Positions 1 to 7,965 are shown, numbered from the stretch's first letter. The stretch: DNA of 64,000 nucleotides from Synergistaceae bacterium (GCA_017445405.1 JAFSUD010000065.1:28404-92403); one strand, 5' to 3'. Translations and numbers: made by a program. The notes: generated from the sequence alone by a model not told the origin.

Positions 1-54
1 TGTCGTGCGGACGGTGAAACTGTTGTTGGAGAAAACCTGTAACTGATTGTTCAT
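1..54 (-). CDS. First 18 codons of a BRO-N-like antirepressor gene (continues past window start)
   Basis: Minus-strand ATG at 52-54 with AGGAG at 61-65. MNNQLQVFSNNSFTVRTT resembles BRO-N N-termini (compare MNDLVLFTTKTFNGVHF of the 1944-2717 gene). Confidence 0.35.
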   Translation of the reverse strand, partial: MNNQLQVFSNNSFTVRTT

Positions 55-169
55 TTGAACCTCCTGTGAAAGAAATCCTCCCCTGCTAAAATATTTGTGT
101 GTCAATCCAACGCAAGGGAGGTGATGTAAGAATGCAGACAAAACCGCTCTCTGGTAAGCGGCCTCACAG

Positions 170-253
170 CTACCATGACGATGTCTCGTCTAGCTCAGCT
201 ACCCAGCCGATAAGCACAACCACAGCGGCGAGCTTCAGTGCAAGCAGTGCCAT
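170..253 (-). CDS. 27-aa hydrophobic peptide MALLALKLAAVVVLIGWVAELDETSSW
   Basis: Below the ORF-track cutoff. ATG at 251-253 with GAGGAGG 8 nt upstream, overlapping the stop of the 268-570 gene. One predicted TM helix. Followed by a CCGCT/AGCGG hairpin (144-161) and a short T-run. Confidence 0.4.
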   Translation of the reverse strand: MALLALKLAAVVVLIGWVAELDETSSW

Positions 254-267
254 TCCTCTCGCCTCCT

Positions 268-570
268 CTATACCAATCTGTACCCGCAGGCTGTAGCAAA
301 AATATGCGCCTTATAGGTATGCACCTTGCGCAGAACTTCAAGCCTCTCCCACTCCGTACGCCTCTCGTTTGCGGACATCAAGGCGTACTCTCCCTTCCCA
401 GTCTCACAGTCCGACATCTTGGTGATGATGCCACTAAAAATTTTTGTGTGCTCTCGAAAGCACAGATACTCAGGTATGTCGGGCATAATCTCACTGTACC
501 CGCGCTCCTTCCGTAACAGCCTCCATTGGGGCAGGCACATTAACTCGAACAGTGCATCGCAATAGTTCAT
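268..570 (-). CDS. Hypothetical early protein (100 aa)
   Basis: ORF track. GGAAGGAGGAAG RBS directly upstream (573-586 on plus). No recognisable domain. Confidence 0.65.
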   Translation of the reverse strand: MNYCDALFELMCLPQWRLLRKERGYSEIMPDIPEYLCFREHTKIFSGIITKMSDCETGKGEYALMSANERRTEWERLEVLRKVHTYKAHIFATACGYRLV

Positions 571-590
571 AGAGCTTCCTCCTTCCTATA

Positions 591-621
591 AACAAAGACA
601 GGGGCAATGTTGCACCCTGTC
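591..621 (-). terminator. Rho-independent terminator/attenuator between early genes
   Basis: GACAGGG (597-603) pairs with CCCTGTC (615-621) across an 11-nt loop. On the minus strand a TTTGTT tail follows. Confidence 0.5.
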
Positions 622-627
622 TCAACC

Positions 628-1317
628 TTAGATGTGGCAGTCTACGATGGTCATCATCAGATTGGGGTCTGCATCCTTGATGAACTTCTCAAAGTAATGC
701 TCGTCCCAATCCGCTTCTTCATCAGGCGTTTCACCAGAAACTCCGAACCAGCCCATCTTCCCGCGTTCATGCCATTCACCATCCGGCGTTACTACAGCAT
801 GTGTCGTGAACGCCGCCCGCCTGCGGGCAAATGTCTCACGGTCTCCATAGCGGTCAATGTAGTACTTCTCGTTGTAGAGCGGGAAGTACTTTTCGTCAGG
901 CTCGGCATGGGCATGGCCGACTACTACGTCCCAGAAACGCAGAGCCCACCTGTGCGCTTCCTCATCGGGGCTGAAATCTATCTCTCCGATATGCGCCGTG
1001 TTCACGTGCTTCCCGTTCACCTGCAGATAGCCGTCCCAGCGGCCTCCTATTTCATACCAGTCCCACCTAGACTGCGGGTTGTACGTCGTATAGATGTTCC
1101 CGTCATCGTCCGTCTCGTACCCGTCCGCCATGAACTCCCAGCACTCTTCGTCGGATTTATCGCGGCACTCTTCGTAATGTTCCCTTGCGTAGCGTATCGC
1201 TTCTTCCTTCGTGTACTGCAAGCGCGGCTCGGTCTCCAGCTCCTCCGAGTATGGAGCTAACAGTTCATCAATGTCCTGCCATTCTTCGTGCAGGACTGCC
1301 AGTAAAAAATGCGACAT
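628..1317 (-). CDS. Acidic hypothetical protein (229 aa) with WDWYEIGGRW motif
   Basis: ORF track. AAGGAGGAG RBS upstream. Very D/E-rich. Family not recognised with certainty. Confidence 0.8.
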   Translation of the reverse strand: MSHFLLAVLHEEWQDIDELLAPYSEELETEPRLQYTKEEAIRYAREHYEECRDKSDEECWEFMADGYETDDDGNIYTTYNPQSRWDWYEIGGRWDGYLQVNGKHVNTAHIGEIDFSPDEEAHRWALRFWDVVVGHAHAEPDEKYFPLYNEKYYIDRYGDRETFARRRAAFTTHAVVTPDGEWHERGKMGWFGVSGETPDEEADWDEHYFEKFIKDADPNLMMTIVDCHI

Positions 1318-1336
1318 AACGTCTCCTCCTTAATTG

Positions 1337-1392
1337 TGGTCATCATCGGTAAACGCTTAACGTTTAGACCTGCACGCGGCAGGTTTCGACCT
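1337..1392 (-). promoter_or_regulatory. Conserved intercistronic leader motif, copy A
   Basis: Shares TGGTC-TCATCGG-AA.CGC..ACG.TT...ACGCGGCAGG...TTTCGACCT with 2741-2801. Contains hairpin AAACG/CGTTT (1351-1365). Confidence 0.5.
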
Positions 1393-1395
1393 CTC

Positions 1396-1467
1396 TTAGT
1401 CGAGGGCTAAGTACAATCCGAAGAGAACTGCGGCTAACAGTGCCTTTATAGCTATAACAAAGTTCAT
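1396..1467 (-). CDS. 23-aa hydrophobic peptide MNFVIAIKALLAAVLFGLYLALD
   Basis: Below the ORF-track cutoff. ATG at 1465-1467 preceded by AAGGAGGTGAG. Single TM-like segment. Confidence 0.4.
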   Translation of the reverse strand: MNFVIAIKALLAAVLFGLYLALD

Positions 1468-1547
1468 GTATCTCACCTCCTTAGATAAGCAAAAACCTCC
1501 TCTGTTAAAATAGCTGTGCAAGAACTCAGAACAGAGGAGGTGAAGAA

Positions 1548-1757
1548 ATGAAACGTATAGCTGTCAACTCCGGCGAACTGCTGTCTGTCGGCTACGATGC
1601 TGAACTCCAAGTGCTGGAAGCAGAGCTTACAGATGGAGGCCTATACCAGTTCGTGAAGGTATCTGCCGAAGTCTACGCGGCTTTGATGAATGCGCAAAAT
1701 AAGTACGGCTACTTCAAGGCATTCATCATGGAGCAGTATTTGGTTCGGAAGCTGTAG
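1548..1757 (+). CDS. KTSC domain protein (69 aa)
   Basis: GAGGAGGTGAAGAA RBS. LSVGYDAELQVLEAELTDGGLYQFVKVSAEVYAALMNAQNKYGYFKAFI matches the KTSC pattern (vgYd..L.veF..G.vY.y..Vp..vy..l..a.s.G.yf). Confidence 0.8.
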   Translation: MKRIAVNSGELLSVGYDAELQVLEAELTDGGLYQFVKVSAEVYAALMNAQNKYGYFKAFIMEQYLVRKL

Positions 1758-1932
1758 CCACAGAAGCAAGTGCTTCATCAATCAGGGTTATGGTTTCTTT
1801 GACGTTCACAACGTATGAACTACCGTCCGAATGAGACACTTGAACCCCGTCTAGAAGGCAGAGCTGAAAACGTGCATGTTCCAGTGCCCTTTGTACGGGG
1901 CTCATCTTATCTTCATCCACAAACCTAATCAC
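1726..1932 (-). CDS. Hypothetical protein (68 aa), GTG start
   Basis: ORF track. AGGAGGTGATGAT precedes the GTG and overlaps the end of the upstream antirepressor gene. Its 3' end overlaps the convergent KTSC gene by 32 nt. Confidence 0.5.
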   Translation of the reverse strand: MIRFVDEDKMSPVQRALEHARFQLCLLDGVQVSHSDGSSYVVNVKETITLIDEALASVATASEPNTAP

Positions 1933-1943
1933 ATCATCACCTC

Positions 1944-2717
1944 CTACAACAAAAGCCCGCTGTGCTCTTTGAACCAGTCAAGAGCGTTGCCGTTGTACAC
2001 AAACGTCGGGCATTGATGCGCAGAGTGTTGCGACTTGGAGAGTATCCATTTACCGAACTGCGAAACACCGCCCTCCTCTGACTTCAAGCCGTTCGCCTTC
2101 GCTATCCTGCCTATCTTCTTGGAGGACACTCCGAACAGTTCACCGAGCTCCGTTGCTGAGTAGAATTTCTCGTGTACCTCTGGGAGCATTGCTATGCATT
2201 CATGGCCGGTTATTATCTTGAACGCCTCGTGAATGAGAACAGCCTTGCTTTCGTCGGAGAGATGCAGTGCGGGCAGGTCTGCCATGCTCTGGATGAATTT
2301 AGCGCGCTCAAGGTCAATAGCCCTTAACTGCGCCTCATGGTTTGCTGTGCTGTGCAAGCTGTAGCTTCCTGTACGGCGTATCTCATCTGCAACATCCCAG
2401 AGCCAGTCCATAACTGCGTCGGCTTTCGGTTGGTTCGAGTACCGGCAAATCTCCAACAACCCCTTGAAGTTGTAGAGCACTACCTCCTGACTTCCTCCAG
2501 AGGGTAGCTCAATTTGAGCCACCCTTGAGAACCTATCGAGCCTGTCCTTATTGCGCAGGTGAATATTCTTGATTGCAGTACCAGGTTCAGAATATTCCAG
2601 TAATTCGCCTATCTGGGTACGTGTCGCCCAGAAGTCTCCGCTGTCTTCTTGTCCGACGTAGCAGTCGAAATGAACACCGTTAAATGTCTTGGTCGTAAAC
2701 AACACCAAGTCGTTCAT
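1944..2717 (-). CDS. Phage antirepressor (BRO-N domain plus C-terminal antirepressor-like domain)
   Basis: Start moved to MNDLVLF (ATG at 2715-2717, GGGGGTGA RBS). FNGVHFDCYV...DFWATRTQIGELLEY is BRO-N-like. The C-terminal half resembles KilAC/ANT modules. Confidence 0.85.
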   Translation of the reverse strand: MNDLVLFTTKTFNGVHFDCYVGQEDSGDFWATRTQIGELLEYSEPGTAIKNIHLRNKDRLDRFSRVAQIELPSGGSQEVVLYNFKGLLEICRYSNQPKADAVMDWLWDVADEIRRTGSYSLHSTANHEAQLRAIDLERAKFIQSMADLPALHLSDESKAVLIHEAFKIITGHECIAMLPEVHEKFYSATELGELFGVSSKKIGRIAKANGLKSEEGGVSQFGKWILSKSQHSAHQCPTFVYNGNALDWFKEHSGLLL

Positions 2718-2740
2718 GTAATCACCCCCTAAAAGTTTTC

Positions 2741-2801
2741 TGGTCGTCATCGGCAAGCGCATCACGCTTGGACGCGGCAGGATTTCACCGCGTTTCGACC
2801 T
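2741..2801 (-). promoter_or_regulatory. Conserved leader motif, copy B
   Basis: Paralogous to 1337-1392. Hairpin AAGCG/CGCTT (2755-2769) differs from copy A by a compensatory A-T to G-C pair. Confidence 0.5.
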
Positions 2802-3061
2802 GTCGTTGAGCGCGGGGCTCTCGCAGTCCCCTTCCTTTTACGCTCCTCCGCAGGTGTTTTCGCTCCTGTACTTTCGCTATTCCTGCTCGGCATCGGCTTT
2901 CATCGCAGGGCCGTAACGAATTTCCGTTGGCTTTTGGTTGGGTCTTCGCGGGTCTATTCGCTCGCCTCAACTTTCCCTTTGGGGCAACCCTCTGCGTCTC
3001 GGTTGCTGAGTTCCTACTTGTCAATTTGCCGGAGTTCCCTCCGTGTATCTGCTAGTTCTCC

Positions 3062-3295
3062 CTAGTCGTTGCAGTAAAAGAAGTCGTTGGGAGTTCTGTA
3101 TGTCATGTGAGCGATTTCAGCTATGTGCTCTGGTTTAAGCCTTAACTTTCCGTGCAGGACTTTCCATAACGTGCTGTAATTCACTCCAAGCCTTCTAGCT
3201 ATTTCCGCTTTGGAAATATGAGTTTCATCTATAGCTTTATTGATGTTCCGTAAAATGAGTTGACTAAAGCCACTATCCTTATTTTTCTTTATCAC
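3062..3295 (-). CDS. Cro-like XRE-family HTH regulator (77 aa, GTG start)
   Basis: ISKAEIARRLGVNYSTLWKVLHGK is a helix-turn-helix. GGAGG RBS. First gene of the leftward arm, divergent from the 3449 gene. Confidence 0.85.
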   Translation of the reverse strand: MIKKNKDSGFSQLILRNINKAIDETHISKAEIARRLGVNYSTLWKVLHGKLRLKPEHIAEIAHMTYRTPNDFFYCND

Positions 3296-3448
3296 CGCTC
3301 ACCTCCTTCATTTCAATGACAGAAATTATATTTCTATTTTAGAAAAAAATAATGCGTATAAATACTAAAATAAATCTAAATAATTTCCGAAAATGAAATT
3401 GAAAAGTATTTCCAATCTGGCATAATTACAAAAAGGAGAAGATAACAT
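3296..3448. promoter_or_regulatory. Divergent promoter/operator region (genetic switch)
   Basis: AT-rich. Palindrome AGAAATTATATTTCT (3321-3335) overlaps a leftward TATAAT. AATTTC-N7-GAAATT at 3382-3400. Rightward TTGAAA (3399-3404)-N16-CATAAT (3421-3426). Recurrent GAAAT/ATTTC half-sites. Confidence 0.55.
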
Positions 3449-3877
3449 ATGAGTAGTCAAGTTCCAGAAGTATTAATGCAAAGGACAAATAAGTTAATGG
3501 CGGAAAGGTATCTTACCAAGAAGGAAATGGCTGAAAGGCTGAAGATGGAATACCTTACTTTGTGGCGAAAGTTGAACGGAAAACGCGGTATAGATGTAAT
3601 CCTACTCATGGATATAGCTAAAGTGCTAGGAACATCTGTATCCTACCTAATCGGGGAGACAGATAATCCCTCTGCAAATATATCTGAGACACCCGTAGTA
3701 ATTCAGACTAATGATCCTTCTAGGGAGATAGTCTCCAAACCAGGCCGATTGAGCTTCAACAATGGTGAGGTCTCCATAGACATGCCAGATACGCCCGCTA
3801 ATAGAAGCTGGCTTGATAGCTTCGTAAGGAAAACGTTTGAGGGTAAATCTGGGAAGCCTGAACCGACATTAGCCTAA
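3449..3877 (+). CDS. CI-like XRE-family HTH repressor candidate (142 aa)
   Basis: AAAGGAGAAG RBS. LTKKEMAERLKMEYLTLWRKLNGKRGIDVILLMDIAKVLGTSVSYLIGE is an XRE HTH with a C-terminal extension. Confidence 0.85.
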   Translation: MSSQVPEVLMQRTNKLMAERYLTKKEMAERLKMEYLTLWRKLNGKRGIDVILLMDIAKVLGTSVSYLIGETDNPSANISETPVVIQTNDPSREIVSKPGRLSFNNGEVSIDMPDTPANRSWLDSFVRKTFEGKSGKPEPTLA

Positions 3878-3903
3878 GCATTACACGAAAGGAGACACTT
3901 CTA

Positions 3904-4446
3904 GTGAACCCGAAAGCAGGATATAAATCCAATTCGCTAATAGCTATGGCCAGCCATTACATGAAGCCATACCGTTTTTCGCCAGACGAGGCCGCTGAAG
4001 TCGGGATGTTTCCCAAAGACACAGGCTTAATCGTTCTGTTAATTCTTTATCTACTAGACTTCGAGGAGAAAGTCTGTCGCTCGAAGCTGGAGTACTATAT
4101 TCTGCTCCTAGACAGAAAGTGCTTTGGAGAAAAAGGTGCACCACTTTTCACCTGGAACTTAAAGAACGGGCGGATACGTAACTTCGACAAGTTCACTAAG
4201 TTCATGATGGAGAAAAGGCTGATATTCTCCAACGGCAGTGCGTACTTCATTTTGGATGAGGCGGGGCAGACTATCATCAATCAATGTTCTGCCTTACTAG
4301 TCAACGTCAAGTGCTGGCTGGACACTCTTCTGGCTGAATGGGGAGATAAAACGGTTGCCCAGATGAAGAACGAAGTAATGGGTGCACGACATGACAGGCA
4401 GTACCAAGATGCCCTGAACAATGTACGAGAGCTACTAGGCCTATAA
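3904..4446 (+). CDS. Hypothetical protein (180 aa, GTG start)
   Basis: ORF track. AAAGGAGA RBS. The segment SKLEYYILLLDRKCFGEKGAPLFTW only weakly recalls DUF4065/Panacea N-termini, so no assignment is made. Confidence 0.7.
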   Translation: MNPKAGYKSNSLIAMASHYMKPYRFSPDEAAEVGMFPKDTGLIVLLILYLLDFEEKVCRSKLEYYILLLDRKCFGEKGAPLFTWNLKNGRIRNFDKFTKFMMEKRLIFSNGSAYFILDEAGQTIINQCSALLVNVKCWLDTLLAEWGDKTVAQMKNEVMGARHDRQYQDALNNVRELLGL

Positions 4447-4473
4447 ATGATGTCATTCGGAGGCTACGCTAAC

Positions 4474-5163
4474 ATGAAGAAAGTTATTTTAGCTCTGTTA
4501 TTGATTATTCTGCTCCCATTAGTAGCTTGTTCTGATGATAGATTTGTCTATGTAGGGCTGGAAGCTAATGGTAATAGGTGGTATGTAGATAAAACTAATA
4601 TCACTAAAGATACTGGGACTGGTGTTATTAATTGCTGTTGTTGGGTTGTATTCAGCTCGCAATATCATAAAGATTTGATTTATAAGGCATTAAATAGCTC
4701 ACAGAAAGAACAGGACATAGCTAATAGAGCTACTGGTGTGCTTGTGTATCAGAAAATAGATACGGAGAAGCGTACATTCAGTAACTCTCGTATAGATTTC
4801 TACGATAAAAATGGCAAGTTCTTGAAGGAAGATACTCATAGGAGTAATGCTTGGCACACGATACCTCCCACTTCTATGGTTGATGCGACTTTAGCATTAA
4901 TAAATGGTGGTTCATTGCCTGTAACTAAGACTTCTTCAAAGACAGTAAGTTACGATACTCGAAGCATAGTATTTACTGCGCTGATTGGAGGAGTAACAAT
5001 AATCGCATTATTATTGGGGTTATACACAAAGTTCTCTCCAACAACACCTTCGAACTCTGCCAGCCAACAAAATACTCATCAAACTGGCTACGGCTCAGAC
5101 AGCAGGGCGGAGTATGATTTCGACTATCCTTACGAGGACATCGGGAAGGTAACGGGGATGTAG
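4474..5163 (+). CDS. Lipoprotein with C-terminal TM anchor
   Basis: Start moved to MKKVILALLLIILLPLVAC (lipobox LVAC, GGAGG RBS). Second hydrophobic helix IVFTALIGGVTIIALLLGLY. AT-rich. Confidence 0.8.
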   Translation: MKKVILALLLIILLPLVACSDDRFVYVGLEANGNRWYVDKTNITKDTGTGVINCCCWVVFSSQYHKDLIYKALNSSQKEQDIANRATGVLVYQKIDTEKRTFSNSRIDFYDKNGKFLKEDTHRSNAWHTIPPTSMVDATLALINGGSLPVTKTSSKTVSYDTRSIVFTALIGGVTIIALLLGLYTKFSPTTPSNSASQQNTHQTGYGSDSRAEYDFDYPYEDIGKVTGM

Positions 5164-5187
5164 CCATTATGTTGTACATAAAGGACG

Positions 5188-5766
5188 ATGACGATGGACG
5201 AGTTAATAATAATATTTTTACTGGTTATGGGCTATATAGGGATTATATACGCTTTAACGAGATGGTTGGATAACCCTAAGTATTATAAAGACCTTGAACG
5301 GATAAAACCGCTTTTTGGTAGCAAGCATCTAGGTATAATATTTTCAGCCTCTTGGAAATTTTGTGTTTGCGTTGCATTGCTTGTTTTGGGACTTGGAGCT
5401 AAAGGTTTAGTTAATGAGATAACTCATAAAACGCTTACACCATCTCCTGCAACGCTTATGCGTCAGTATGCTGAAGAAGGACTGAGGCGTTCTTACTCCT
5501 CTGAATATGTAAATCAATACACTTCTTATCAGCTAGAAGATTATCGCCGGTTTTGTAATTATATTACAACGTTATCTTCTCAGCCCGATTTTAATGAGTT
5601 TAATGATTGGCTCATAAAGAAGAATAATGCTAAGGGGGTAACACAAGAACAATTTGAAGCGAATATCCTCAAAACAGTGCAAAGAAATGGGAGTTATTCA
5701 GCAGCTCAGAGAGTAATAGAAGATTGGTATTATTCCTTTCGCAGAGAGAAATACAAGGGACGCTAA
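5188..5766 (+). CDS. Membrane protein (192 aa, two TM helices)
   Basis: ORF track. N-terminal LIIIFLLVMGYIGIIYAL and a second helix FCVCVALLVLGLGA. AT-rich. Confidence 0.75.
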   Translation: MTMDELIIIFLLVMGYIGIIYALTRWLDNPKYYKDLERIKPLFGSKHLGIIFSASWKFCVCVALLVLGLGAKGLVNEITHKTLTPSPATLMRQYAEEGLRRSYSSEYVNQYTSYQLEDYRRFCNYITTLSSQPDFNEFNDWLIKKNNAKGVTQEQFEANILKTVQRNGSYSAAQRVIEDWYYSFRREKYKGR

Positions 5767-5785
5767 CATTGCGAGAGGCATAAAC

Positions 5786-6586
5786 ATGAAAAAAGTTATC
5801 TTAGCACTGATACTACTTATGATGTTCGTATCATGTGGATATGCAAGTACACGACATCCTAGAAGTTGCGGAGAGATTACTGTTAGTTCCGCTATTACTG
5901 CACTAATCCTAACAGTAATTCAGTGGGCAGGAAGAGGAGAAGACAAGCACAATGAAGAAGAACCGCATTCCTCTTCATCAGGCCAAGCCCCGCCTCCGCA
6001 CGGGCATGATAGCTTCTCCAGCACCGAGCAGAGCACATATACCGAGCAGGACGCGGTTAGCCAGTTAGTAAACTTAGGCTTAGCATGTATAGGGCGCAGG
6101 TCCCAGTATCCTAACCCGTACTTTACCTCAGCACGAGAAGCTGAACGGCACAGGGCAGAGTATATTTTTCTTCGGCAACTAGCAGGAAGATACCATGATG
6201 CAGAGGTTCGCAAAGTACTAGCCAAGCACTTTATGCTGTTCAAGGAAGTCTGTCTGTATATCGCCTTCAGTTCTCTCCTTAAGAACGATACAGAGCTACA
6301 TATTCCAGTGAAAGAGGAACTGAATAAACGATTAACAGAGGGATTAGGGTTAGCAAGCATTGTACGCCGTAAAGACTATATGTACGCATTCTCCAAAGCC
6401 TTCTATGAAGAGTATAAGCGTACTCATGACATGGCACAGGCTCTCGGCTATATGTTTTGGAGCGTGGCGGCTAGCAAGTACCCCAGTTGGGTGCAAACTG
6501 CTGAACTCCACGCGTTGATGGGGTTAGGCGGCCTGTTGGACATCTACACGTACACCTACAGCGCGTTGAAGGAGGAGCTCGGGTAG
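5786..6586 (+). CDS. Putative lipoprotein (266 aa)
   Basis: MKKVILALILLMMFVSCGY signal peptide with lipobox FVSC. Its first 7 residues are identical to those of the 4474 lipoprotein. Confidence 0.75.
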   Translation: MKKVILALILLMMFVSCGYASTRHPRSCGEITVSSAITALILTVIQWAGRGEDKHNEEEPHSSSSGQAPPPHGHDSFSSTEQSTYTEQDAVSQLVNLGLACIGRRSQYPNPYFTSAREAERHRAEYIFLRQLAGRYHDAEVRKVLAKHFMLFKEVCLYIAFSSLLKNDTELHIPVKEELNKRLTEGLGLASIVRRKDYMYAFSKAFYEEYKRTHDMAQALGYMFWSVAASKYPSWVQTAELHALMGLGGLLDIYTYTYSALKEELG

Positions 6587-6606
6587 TGGGGGAAAGGAGA
6601 GATATT

Positions 6607-7302
6607 ATGCCAGACGAGGCAGAAAAATTAAGTGGCTATGTTAAGCTCTTGCAAGAAATGCAAGAAATACAGCAATTGCTTGGTTTAACAACAGAGTGGA
6701 AATGCCTGTTTCTCACTCTGTTTATCTCGATTACAGCATTGCTAGTGTGTGAAATACCGTCAATACGTATTATACTAGATAATATGTATACGACTATAAG
6801 AACAGCGGCGGCGTGTGGGTTAATAGTTGGGATTGTCGGAGTGGCTTACAGAATTGCGGCGGCATTGTATCAGACAATAGAACATTATTTTTCTGCAAAG
6901 AAAGAACAATGCGAGCAGGCTGAACGGGAAGAAAAAGAACGCCGAGAGCAAGCTGAACGTGAGGAAGCGGAGCGAAAATCATTTGCTGAGAGGTTAAGCC
7001 ATTTAACAGACACAGAGTTGAGCGTGCTCAAGTACATGGTGCAGAAAGGCGGAATAAGCTGGCTTCCTATCTCTGAGGGCACTACTCTAAATTTATATGG
7101 TACAGGCTTTATCTGCCCAGTATTTAACGTAACTATGTTACGAGGCGAATTGCTCGGAGAACATAAGCAGTGTTTGGCTTGCAAGGTCTCTGAGGAATGC
7201 GAGAAGAACATTCATTGGCTCTATGGCGATATGCTTCGCAGGTGGCAGTCCGTATCTCCAGCAGATTGGCTAGACATTTACGCGAACGCTATCGAGGCTT
7301 GA
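6607..7302 (+). CDS. Membrane protein with charged coiled-coil (SieB-like architecture, tentative)
   Basis: Start moved to MPDEAEK (AAGGAGAG RBS). Two TM helices, an EQAEREEKERREQAEREEAERK repeat, and a Cys-containing C-terminal domain. Confidence 0.7.
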   Translation: MPDEAEKLSGYVKLLQEMQEIQQLLGLTTEWKCLFLTLFISITALLVCEIPSIRIILDNMYTTIRTAAACGLIVGIVGVAYRIAAALYQTIEHYFSAKKEQCEQAEREEKERREQAEREEAERKSFAERLSHLTDTELSVLKYMVQKGGISWLPISEGTTLNLYGTGFICPVFNVTMLRGELLGEHKQCLACKVSEECEKNIHWLYGDMLRRWQSVSPADWLDIYANAIEA

Positions 7303-7307
7303 AGTCG

Positions 7308-7961
7308 ATGAACACAATGAAGAAGCTAGCAGTTACCCTCTGGAACTTCAAGGGCGGCGTTGGTAAGTCTACCATTGCTCTCGTCCTCGCTGAGATTGCC
7401 GCACAACAAGACTTGAAGGTACTCGCTATTGACTTGGATGAACAGCAGAACCTTGCGGGAGCTCTCAGCCTTTCACAGCGGACGTTTCCTACTCTGGAGG
7501 TCAGAACATCCTTCGCTCCTGAGTTCGCTGATGAGGACTTCGACTTCTTTGTCCTTGATACTCATCCGGCCAAGAACAACAGCATCAAAGAAGCTATCTG
7601 TTTTGCTGATATTGTCCTCGTTCCTGTGCTGTGCGATTACCTCAGCATCCTTAACCTCCGCTCTGTTTTCTCCTACCTCATTGAAACCGGCTTAGGCAAT
7701 GAACAGCTTGTTATCATCAAGAACTGCGTGAATGCTCTCAAAACATCTACTGAGGTTGAACACGCGCTCGATGAACACAGCTACCTTTCCGCTGGCAGGC
7801 TTCCCCGCAGCAACTTGCTTGTCAGGAACATCGCTGAGGGAAACAGATGGGATAAATACATGCAGGGGCATCAGCGCAATCCGTTCTTGGCTTTGTATGC
7901 TAACATATGGGAAGCCTTCAGCCGTATGTGCTCAGGGAAATTTCATAACGTTTGGAAGTGA
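7308..7961 (+). CDS. parA: ParA/Soj-type partition ATPase (small, no N-terminal HTH)
   Basis: Deviant Walker A FKGGVGKST, then VLAIDLDEQQNL and FFVLDTHP. Start taken at MNTMKK. Confidence 0.85.
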   Translation: MNTMKKLAVTLWNFKGGVGKSTIALVLAEIAAQQDLKVLAIDLDEQQNLAGALSLSQRTFPTLEVRTSFAPEFADEDFDFFVLDTHPAKNNSIKEAICFADIVLVPVLCDYLSILNLRSVFSYLIETGLGNEQLVIIKNCVNALKTSTEVEHALDEHSYLSAGRLPRSNLLVRNIAEGNRWDKYMQGHQRNPFLALYANIWEAFSRMCSGKFHNVWK

Positions 7962-7965
7962 TTTG

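Noticed and set aside
2785-3024. 79-aa minus-strand ORF as a protein-coding gene
   Set aside because: It is extremely Arg/Lys/Pro-rich and low in complexity. It has no Shine-Dalgarno sequence, and it lies in the long leader between the Cro-like gene and the antirepressor. It is more likely non-coding.
7429-7965. Alternative-frame ORFs within parA (7429-7695) and the upstream extension of the parB-like ORF (7732-7965)
   Set aside because: Both overlap the ParA coding frame, which has clear Walker motifs. ParB-domain similarity starts only after the ATG at 7966.
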